From Candidatus Brocadia sp. (GTDB taxonomy: Bacteria; Planctomycetota; Brocadiia; Brocadiales; Brocadiaceae): a stretch of 32,000 nt of DNA. The notes below the pieces were generated by a model. The model was given only the letters and a program-made list of their open reading frames with translations. It was not told the DNA's origin and searched no databases. The DNA lies in contig CP091279.1 in the NCBI GenBank assembly GCA_021650915.1, positions 2,190,001 to 2,222,000 on the forward strand. The letters run 5' to 3'. This document shows, one piece after another, positions 17,813 to 24,787 of the stretch (positions are counted from its first letter, which is position 1; the number at the start of each line of letters is the position of its first letter). The translations under genes and the position numbers were made by a program.

Positions 17813-18817
17813 TCAACTATTTCGCCAAGCCATCATGTTGTTGAAAACCGCCGCAACAATGCGAGTCGAACTATTTGGACAACCGCCATAGGCGTGGATA
17901 CCCACCGCATGACGCTGACCATTAAGGTAACGCCACGTTGGACTACCGCTTTGTCCGCCGTACGTGTCGAGCATATAGTAGAGTTTGCGAGCGGTCATGT
18001 TGGTTATCCTGCCAGCATTGAACCACTGTGTACCGGGTGGTTTGTCACCAGGGTACCCAGAGTTGTTCGCGAGAAGGTTTAGTAGCGAGGCATCCGTCAG
18101 TGCTGCGAAGCCGAACCAGCCGACCTGATTCCCGAGCGAAGCACTGGACAAAATGATGCATCCATAATCGTAGTTCGGGTCGGCATTATTCGTCCAACCA
18201 GTGACGCTACGGAAAGACGTTCCGATCATCGATCCATACGGCCGCGATGCTCCTCGCATGCCTGGAATGACCTCGATCTGACGTGCCCAACCACCGTTGG
18301 CGCTAGAATAGACGCAGTGTCCGGCGGTCATCACTGCTTTAGGGCCAATGAACCAACCTGTGCACCCACCACGCGCGCCGTTTGGAAACGTGATTATTAG
18401 TTTGCAGATCCACCGCCATGGGACCACGGTAGTGCTTGTTACCTCGACACGGTCGTCTCGACCACACACACTCTCAAGTGGAGATCCTTCCGGCCTGCAC
18501 TCACACAGGTCAACCAATTCGTCGGTAAGAATCTCCACTGGCATTCCTTCACCGAGCGCCCGTTGCGGATCAAAGCCTGGCAAGCTTTCAAGTTCCCCGC
18601 CCCGTGGCTCTCCGTCAAAACTCTCAGCGACTTGATCAACGGTCACTGCCGCTTCCCCCCCCGCCATGCCTTCGAGGCGTCCCTCGCTACTGACTGGGGC
18701 ATGCAGAGAACCTGTAGACTCGCCTGAACTGCCGCCACCGCCACATCCACCGGGCTGTGAGTCACCGACATTCCCGGGTCTTTCTGTTCCGGAACTACTC
18801 TCATGGTGTTGAGACAT
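17813..18817 (-). CDS. Trypsin-like S1 serine protease (V8/Glu-specific-endopeptidase-like, COG3591 type) with a Gly/Ser/Glu-rich N-terminal extension and no recognisable signal peptide
   Basis: The catalytic contexts are MTAGHCV (His), YDYGCIIL (Asp) and DTYGGQSGSPTW (Ser). The strong RBS AAAGGAGGTTATC precedes the ATG. The N-terminal ~130 aa are low-complexity and acidic (SQPGGCGGGGSSGESTG...). Confidence 0.85.
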   Translation of the reverse strand: MSQHHESSSGTERPGNVGDSQPGGCGGGGSSGESTGSLHAPVSSEGRLEGMAGGEAAVTVDQVAESFDGEPRGGELESLPGFDPQRALGEGMPVEILTDELVDLCECRPEGSPLESVCGRDDRVEVTSTTVVPWRWICKLIITFPNGARGGCTGWFIGPKAVMTAGHCVYSSANGGWARQIEVIPGMRGASRPYGSMIGTSFRSVTGWTNNADPNYDYGCIILSSASLGNQVGWFGFAALTDASLLNLLANNSGYPGDKPPGTQWFNAGRITNMTARKLYYMLDTYGGQSGSPTWRYLNGQRHAVGIHAYGGCPNSSTRIVAAVFNNMMAWRNS

Positions 18818-19015
18818 GATAACCTCCTTTAACTCGTAATTGGGACCCCCATTGAACCGTGTCGTGCTGGCGGGTCCGATGCCAAGCCGTTCGACTTACT
18901 GTTTAGTGTGTGTATGGGTTTCGCTCTTTCCTTTAACACATCCTTTCTTGTCTGGTGCGGGCAATCAATGTGGCCTAACAAAAAAGTCTCACAACAAAGG
19001 TGTCCCCTAAACATC

Positions 19016-19145
19016 TTCGGCAGTAAGGCTGTCTTTCTATTTTCCTGAAATCCCCCTTAGTCCCCCTTTTATAAAGGGGGGATTTAGGAGGATTAAAGAC
19101 CCCATTACTTTGCGTCCCCTAATCACTCAGGGTTTGCCTTTGTCG
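19016..19145 (-). repeat. Copy 2 of the 3-copy structured motif (no terminator 3' arm; expanded spacer containing a C/G palindrome)
   Basis: Box A is at 19016-19040. Box B is at 19098-19145 with the hairpin CCCUGA-GUGA-UUAGGG (one G.U). The spacer holds CCCCCTTT-TAT-AAAGGGGG (19062-19080). The element starts directly after the stop codon of the 94-aa ORF. Confidence 0.5.
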
Positions 19146-19430
19146 TTATGTTTTTTGTTGTATTGCCTTTATTCCTTCATACCTGCTCCGATTTATTCGA
19201 TAGTAGATATGTGCATCTTTTCCTTTGTGCTCAAGCAGAATGCCTTGCGCTACCAGTTCCGAGAGAGATTCTTTGACCTCACTTGCCTTATGCCTGACCT
19301 TTTGCTTCAACAACCACCATTCCGCGACACCCTCCAGCGTGTCCTCTGCATCGGGATATTCGGACAGATAGGCTAGTATCTCCTGCATAATGTATGGCTT
19401 TCCCGTCGCACACTTTTCATGCTTGTCCAT
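19146..19430 (-). CDS. Small hypothetical protein (94 aa) with a C-terminal winged-helix-like segment
   Basis: The sequence is MDKHEKCATGKPYIMQEILAYLSEYPDAEDTLEGVAEWWLLKQKVRHKASEVKESLSELVAQGILLEHKGKDAHIYYRIN.... It has globular composition and sits about 75 nt downstream of a sigma54-type promoter. There is no strong SD. Confidence 0.55.
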   Translation of the reverse strand: MDKHEKCATGKPYIMQEILAYLSEYPDAEDTLEGVAEWWLLKQKVRHKASEVKESLSELVAQGILLEHKGKDAHIYYRINRSRYEGIKAIQQKT

Positions 19431-19515
19431 AATTTATTTGAAGTTGAGATGCTTCCTTACGTTCGCAATGACAAGCCGTCCTTTCGTTTTCTGTAATTAC
19501 CAACGATCTAATGTT

Positions 19516-19533
19516 AAAGCAACCGTCGTGCCC
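19516..19533 (-). promoter_or_regulatory. Sigma54 (-24/-12) promoter
   Basis: The minus strand reads GGGCACGACGGTTGCTTT. That gives GGCAC at -24 and TTGCT at -12 with exact GG-N10-GC spacing, against the consensus TGGCACG-N4-TTGCW. Confidence 0.55.
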
Positions 19534-19869
19534 TCATGGACAAAATTCATTGCATAAAAAGTCGAACTGCTTTCAAATGCCGATCAATGAAGGGATTGGA
19601 GATGTTTTTTGTAAATTTTGAGATCAGACCGAATCTTTGATTTTTCACGTAATTCAAGTATGTACTATGTTCTTCTTGTCTTGGCTATTTCGACGAAAGA
19701 TCGGTAAGGTACTTTCAGTAAACAAGTTAACGGCAGGATAAATTTATCATAGGCAATGCAGGTAAATGTCATGGTTAATAGTATTATCCTGTAAAAATCT
19801 TTTCTTATTAGCAAGTTTCCTAACAACCCCTCTCTGTCCCTCTTTAACAAAAGGGGAATTGACTGATGA

Positions 19870-21315
19870 TTAGTTCTTTTCTTTTGGGTGAGACGGGGTA
19901 ATGCTATGTGTTTTGGTCCTATAGTTTTCCGGGTTGATGTGGTGTTTACGGATCAGTTGCCAGAATGCCCGACGATCCTTCCTGGCGGCCTGTGCCGCTT
20001 TGGTAATGTTGCCGTGATGGGCAAGCAAGAGGCATTGAATATACGCCGTTTCAAATTGTGCGATGATCCTCTCTTTTGCTTCCTGAAAAGACTCCGCCTG
20101 CACACCGGTTTCCGGAGACGGTAGGGCAAGATCTTCTTTCCCTATAATCCTCTGATCAGAGAGGACAACTGCCCGCTCGATTACATGCTCCAGTTCTCTC
20201 ACATTACCATGCCAGTCAAGGAGCGGGAGGAGTTGCAGTGCATCAGAGGAGAATTCGACGGCCTGTTTGTTGTACTCGTCTGCATACTGAGACAGGAAAT
20301 GTCTGGCGAGAAGGGGAATGTCGTTGCGTCGTTCCCGCAGGGGGGGCAGGACGAGGTGGATGACGTTTAATCGATAGTAAAGATCCTGGCGGAATCTCTC
20401 CGCCCTTACCGCCTCTTTCAATTCGGCATTCGATGCGGCAATGACCCGCACGTCTGCCTTGCATACCTTCGGAGAACCGAGCGGCCGGTATTCTTTCTCC
20501 TGGAGAAAGCGCAGCAATTTGACCTGCGCAGGGAGGGAAAGACAGTCTATTTCATCCAAAAAAAGTGTACCACCCGCAGCCTCCTGGATTAACCCCTGTT
20601 GGGATGAAGTGGCGCTGGTAAATGCGCCCGGCTTGTGGCCGAAGAGTTCGTTTTCGAGCAGTTCCGTGGGAATGGCGCCGCAGTTGACCGGGATGAACGG
20701 CTTGTCCGCCCGCGGGCTGAGATAATGGATCGCCCGGGCGCATACCTCCTTCCCGGTGCCGGTTTCTCCACTGATCAGGACCGTTGCGTCACTCTTCGCC
20801 ACACGGGGGATTTTCTGTATCTCTGCCAGAAAGGCCGGATCTTTCCCGATGATGTGTTGCAGTCCAACCTTTTCCAAAAGGGTTTGGTGGAGTATTTCTG
20901 TCGGCGTATTTTGCACCAGTAATCGCCAGATACGGGGAATGATATCGGCTGGTCTGAGCGGTGGCGTAATGAAATCGGTTACACCAGCCTTAAGCAAATC
21001 AAGGATCTCCTCATGCGGACATTCGTCTATGACCAGAATGACCGGTGTTTTCATAAATTTGGTTCGTAAAGACTGCAAGAGTGCACTGGCATGATGAAAT
21101 AAGGTGTGGGGTGAAATGAGAAGTATTATATCTGGATAGAAACGTGGGGCGATTCCAGCAAGGTCACTGGTAAGGAGATCGGATGCCTCTATCTTTACGG
21201 ATTCATAATGCAACGGGGTGTTTAGGCCGCTGGATGATTCGAGAACCCCTTGCAACATCTGACCAAGACTGGATGTGGGGTTAATATCAAGAAGCAATAG
21301 CTTGCCCTGTTTCAT
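19870..21315 (-). CDS. Sigma54-dependent transcriptional activator (NtrC/AtoC-type bEBP) with a degenerate receiver domain
   Basis: The AAA+ sigma54-interaction domain shows GETGTGKE, ENELFGHKPGAFTSA (a GAFTGA variant), LFLDEID and RQDLYYRL. The Fis-type HTH is HGNITKAAQAARKDRRAFWQLIRKH. The N-terminal receiver-like domain lacks the conserved Asp, Thr and Lys positions. Confidence 0.9.
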   Translation of the reverse strand: MKQGKLLLLDINPTSSLGQMLQGVLESSSGLNTPLHYESVKIEASDLLTSDLAGIAPRFYPDIILLISPHTLFHHASALLQSLRTKFMKTPVILVIDECPHEEILDLLKAGVTDFITPPLRPADIIPRIWRLLVQNTPTEILHQTLLEKVGLQHIIGKDPAFLAEIQKIPRVAKSDATVLISGETGTGKEVCARAIHYLSPRADKPFIPVNCGAIPTELLENELFGHKPGAFTSATSSQQGLIQEAAGGTLFLDEIDCLSLPAQVKLLRFLQEKEYRPLGSPKVCKADVRVIAASNAELKEAVRAERFRQDLYYRLNVIHLVLPPLRERRNDIPLLARHFLSQYADEYNKQAVEFSSDALQLLPLLDWHGNVRELEHVIERAVVLSDQRIIGKEDLALPSPETGVQAESFQEAKERIIAQFETAYIQCLLLAHHGNITKAAQAARKDRRAFWQLIRKHHINPENYRTKTHSITPSHPKEKN

Positions 21316-21338
21316 AAAGCCCCCTTTTTTATATAAAT

Positions 21339-21492
21339 AAAAAAAGCCTTACTGCAAAAATGTTTTGGGAAAACACCTTCGGCAGTAAGGCTATCTTTTC
21401 TTGTGGCAAGGCTATCTTATGAACTCACATCCCTGTACGTCTCAAGACCCTTTCCTTTGCGTCCCCTGATCACTCAGGGTTTGCCCTTATCG
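21339..21492 (-). repeat. Copy 3 of the 3-copy structured motif, ending in an intrinsic terminator ~24 nt upstream of the bEBP start codon
   Basis: Box B is at 21445-21492 with the hairpin CCCUGA-GUGA-UCAGGG. Box A forms an 11-bp hairpin (21382-21392 pairs with 21345-21355) followed by a U run (complement of 21339-21344). The sequence TTTATTTATATAAAAAAGGGGGCTTT-ATG follows. Confidence 0.5.
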
Positions 21493-21646
21493 AAATGTAT
21501 CTGTTAGATATGTGAGCAAAACAAACGCCAATGCCATGGCATGAGAAAAATTGTTTGCAAAATTATTTGATATGCCGTGAGTTTTAATCACTTATAAACA
21601 AAAAAAGAAAGGTTTGAATAACAACAGATGAATGCAAAAGATATTC

Positions 21647-21706
21647 GAAAAGTGTGTCATGGCACACTTGTGTGACGTTACACTTGTGTGCCATGACACA
21701 CTTTTC
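21647..21706. promoter_or_regulatory. 60-bp palindrome (two perfect 21-bp arms), candidate regulator/enhancer binding site
   Basis: GAAAAGTGTGTCATGGCACAC (21647-21667) and its exact reverse complement (21686-21706) are separated by 18 nt. ACACTTGTGTG is also directly repeated (21664 and 21680). Confidence 0.5.
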
Positions 21707-21814
21707 TTTAAACGCATACCATGATTGTCGTGCTCAACAATTTTATCCTTGCTTTACCCCCCATATTCCTGTTATTAGTGGTATTTGCTGATTTTTGAAA
21801 GAGATAACATGGTT

Positions 21815-22027
21815 GAAACCACAGATTTCACAGATTGCGCAGATAGTCTTAAAAGCTGATGGCCCTCACGTTAACCCGAATAAGCAGGAAAATACAAGGT
21901 TTAAAGCACAGAGTGTGTGAGTCAACCCTGTCAGGGTTTTAAACCCTGACAGGGTTAGTTTTCTTCATATTTTTGCTACATTGTTACAATTTTTTTTATC
22001 TGTGCAATCTGAGAAATCTGTGGTTCC
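21815..22027. mobile_element. MITE-like element: 31-bp terminal inverted repeats (28/31 match) around a 151-bp core with a 15-bp perfect internal hairpin
   Basis: The left inverted repeat is GAAACCACAGATTTCACAGATTGCGCAGATA (21815-21845). The reverse complement of the right inverted repeat is GGAACCACAGATTTCTCAGATTGCACAGATA (21997-22027). The internal hairpin pairs AACCCTGTCAGGGTT with AACCCTGACAGGGTT (21924-21956). It has no coding capacity. Confidence 0.5.
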
Positions 22028-22061
22028 TGTCGTTACGAACAAAAGGAAAGGACAGACGTGA

Positions 22062-23474
22062 ATGGAAGTTTTTTTTCATCCCTCATCAGTTGCCATCGTA
22101 GGCGCCACGGAAAAACCAGGCAGCCTGCCGGGCATTATCCTGAAAAACCTCCTCGATATGGGTTTTCAAGGCAGGATGTATCCGGTAAATCCGAAATACG
22201 AGACGGTCTTCGGCTTGCGATGTTTTCCCTCACTCCTGGATATTCCGGATGAAGTAGCGCTAACCGTCATTGCTATCCCAGCTCCATTGGTGCTGGAGGT
22301 AGTGCAGCAACAGGCACGGAAATGCATTCACCATGCCATCATTATCAGCGCCGGTTTTCGGGAGATGGGTGTGGAAGGCACGAAAATGGAAGAGGAGATC
22401 AAGCAGGTTGCAATCAAAAATGATATCAGAATCCTTGGGCCGAACTGTTTGGGCGTTCTGGATAATTATGCAAATTTCACCACCTCGTTTCTGTCGTGGG
22501 AACGGGTGAGCTACCCGAAAAAAGGCTCCCTGTCGATCCTCTCACAAAGCGGTGCCTTTGCCATTGCCCTGCTGGACCTGGCATCACAAGAGGGATTGGG
22601 CATAGCAAAAATGGTAAACTACGGAAACAGGCTCGACGTGGGGGAGTCTGCCCTCCTGCCGTTTTTGCGGGACGATGCCCATACCAGGGTAATTGCCATC
22701 TATATGGAATCAGTTGATTACGGCAGGAGGTTTATTGAAGCAGCCAGGTCGTGTTCTGAAAAAAAGCCTATTGTGGCCCTCAAGGTTGGGAAGGGAGCCG
22801 CCGGTATTGCCGCAGCCAGGTCACACACGGGCGCTATTGCCGGGAACTACGCAATCTACCAGGCCGCATTCCTGAAGGCGGGTATTATTGAGGCAAACGG
22901 TCTGGAGGAATTTATCGATGGCGTAAAGGCGCTGTCCATGCAAAGCCCGCCCAGGGGAAATCGCATCCTTATTGTCACCAATGGCGGCGGCTTTGGCGTT
23001 ATTGTGGCTGACCACTGTTCAGAGAACGGACTCGATGTCCCGCTCCCCTCTGCGCAGCTAAAGGAGAAGCTCCGCAACAAATTATCAGCATTCTATGTTG
23101 TGAGCAATCCCGTTGATTTAACCGGAAGCGCGTGCGACCGGGATTATCACACGGCATTGACTGCGTGCATGGCAGAAAGCGATGAATACGATGCGGCCAT
23201 TATCATACCGCTTATGGCGCCGCAGGGCATGACGGAAAAGGTGGTGGATCTTATTGCGGATACGATGAAACGATCAGGAAAACCAGCCGTTATATGCACG
23301 GTGGGCGGGGCGTTTACCCTGAAGATCAAACAACTCTTTGAAGAGCGCGAGTTTCCCGTCTATCCCTCTCCCGAACGGAGCGCAAAGGCCATGTCCATGC
23401 TGCTGAAGAGGAGAAAATTACAGGAAGACGTTCAGAGAAGTAGTCACACAAAGTTACAAAGCCACAAAGAATGA
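22062..23474 (+). CDS. ADP-forming acetyl/acyl-CoA synthetase alpha-type protein (CoA-binding plus succinyl-CoA-synthetase-like domains)
   Basis: Seen: FFHPSSVAIVGATEKPGSLPGIILKNLLDMGFQGRMYPVNPKY (CoA-binding Rossmann), the SQSGAF motif, and the phosphohistidine loop AARSHTGAIAGN. No ATP-grasp (beta) part is present in this ORF or adjacent to it. Confidence 0.85.
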   Translation: MEVFFHPSSVAIVGATEKPGSLPGIILKNLLDMGFQGRMYPVNPKYETVFGLRCFPSLLDIPDEVALTVIAIPAPLVLEVVQQQARKCIHHAIIISAGFREMGVEGTKMEEEIKQVAIKNDIRILGPNCLGVLDNYANFTTSFLSWERVSYPKKGSLSILSQSGAFAIALLDLASQEGLGIAKMVNYGNRLDVGESALLPFLRDDAHTRVIAIYMESVDYGRRFIEAARSCSEKKPIVALKVGKGAAGIAAARSHTGAIAGNYAIYQAAFLKAGIIEANGLEEFIDGVKALSMQSPPRGNRILIVTNGGGFGVIVADHCSENGLDVPLPSAQLKEKLRNKLSAFYVVSNPVDLTGSACDRDYHTALTACMAESDEYDAAIIIPLMAPQGMTEKVVDLIADTMKRSGKPAVICTVGGAFTLKIKQLFEEREFPVYPSPERSAKAMSMLLKRRKLQEDVQRSSHTKLQSHKE

Positions 23475-23528
23475 AGATATACCATCCGCAGCAAGGCCGC
23501 AACCAATTCTCCGTTGTGAAAAGCGGGA

Positions 23529-23612
23529 GATTGCTTCAGACAAGCCCATCGCAATGACACTGGCTATACCTTTGATGACATACGGTACGTTGTCATTGCA
23601 AGCGAAGCAATC
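23529..23612. repeat. Nested palindromic (REP-like) element between convergent genes
   Basis: The outer stem pairs GATTGCTTC (23529-23537) with GAAGCAATC (23604-23612). The inner stem pairs GCAATGACA (23551-23559) with TGTCATTGC (23591-23599). Confidence 0.55.
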
Positions 23613-23731
23613 CTTCTCTCACAAACAAACGGTACCTGCTGATAAGGAGGATTGCGAAAAAACTTACAAAAAAAGAGATTTTTGCACAGTAATATTATCA
23701 TGCGGTATGCTCTTGTGCCAGGGAGGACACG

Positions 23732-24751
23732 TCAGGGTACGCGTATCCAGACATGTTCCATGAAAATAGCGGCGAAAAGGAACGCCATGCTTGCGATGAT
23801 GGGATAGCGATAAAGGTCTTTTCTCTTTACCACGGTTTCTATGACAATTTTATCTTTTTCCATAGCATCGATCGCATTATAAAATTTTGCGACCTCTTCA
23901 AAATTCTCTGCATGGTAATACCTCCCGCCGGTCGACTCAACAGCCTCTTTTAATTCTTCAATATGCTGGGCCGCGACTTCCGGGTCTACACCCGTGACAT
24001 CCGATGCCTTGACCGCTACGACGTATGCCTTGATTCCCATTCTCTTCAGCAGGCGCAGGGGCCGGGTGGGCGAGATACCAATATTGTATATGCCATCGGT
24101 AAAGAGCACAACCAGCTTGTTCTTGAGCACCTGTCTCTTTTCCATTTCTTTGGCAAAGGAAATGGCGTAATCGGCAAGGTATTCTTTGTTAATGCTGTTT
24201 CTCAATTCTTTTATCGTAAATTGCTTTCCCAGCTCTTTTTCAAAGAGCGCTGCAAGAGAGGTAAAGAGGCCTTCCCCAATGGCCGTCTGATAGCCCACCT
24301 GAGAGGCCTGCACACGCGCCAGGGATTTCTCCAGCAGTTGGGTTTCCATCGTGGGTACGACAATGAGGGCAGCGTCCGTGCCAAAGATGGTAATACTAAT
24401 GAGATCATTCGGCCGTTTTTTTATAAAATCCCCCACAATTTTTTTAATCGTTTCGATGGCCGTTCCCGTCATGCTAAAAGAGGTGTCTATGACAAGGGCA
24501 ATCTCACGTCCAAGAAGATCTGTTTGTTCCTGGCGGTACTTTGTCTGGGGATGCGCGACGGCAACAATTGCAAAAAATACGGCGACAAAAAAAACGGATC
24601 TATTGAGACGGGGAATGATCCTCATGAACCCCGAGGATTCTTTAACGTGGGAGACACTGGAATACCCGATAAACTTCTTCTCCCGCCAAAAAAACCATAG
24701 GAAACCAAAAGGAATAATGAGGAGAAGGAACAAGGGGTTTGCAAAGGTCAT
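23732..24751 (-). CDS. von Willebrand factor A domain membrane protein (BatA-like)
   Basis: The N-terminal TM is MTFANPLFLLLIIPFGFLWFFW. The VWA MIDAS motif is ALVIDTSFSMTG. There is a C-terminal TM. It is the last gene of the MoxR operon. Confidence 0.85.
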   Translation of the reverse strand: MTFANPLFLLLIIPFGFLWFFWREKKFIGYSSVSHVKESSGFMRIIPRLNRSVFFVAVFFAIVAVAHPQTKYRQEQTDLLGREIALVIDTSFSMTGTAIETIKKIVGDFIKKRPNDLISITIFGTDAALIVVPTMETQLLEKSLARVQASQVGYQTAIGEGLFTSLAALFEKELGKQFTIKELRNSINKEYLADYAISFAKEMEKRQVLKNKLVVLFTDGIYNIGISPTRPLRLLKRMGIKAYVVAVKASDVTGVDPEVAAQHIEELKEAVESTGGRYYHAENFEEVAKFYNAIDAMEKDKIVIETVVKRKDLYRYPIIASMAFLFAAIFMEHVWIRVP

Positions 24752-24787
24752 GTATCGGTACCTGGATGTTTTGGAATTTCAAAGTTT

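Noticed and set aside
18829-19014. 61-aa minus-strand ORF in the protease leader; also 19665-19850 (61 aa) downstream of the bEBP
   Set aside because: They have no RBS and a Cys/His/Arg-rich or hydrophobic nonsense composition. They lie in regions better explained as 5' leader or promoter DNA.
21655-21700. TGGCAC hexamers inside the 60-bp palindrome as sigma54 -24 elements
   Set aside because: The sequence 10 nt downstream of each GG is TG, not GC (TGGCACACTTGTGTG). There is no TTGC -12 element, so this is not a sigma54 promoter.
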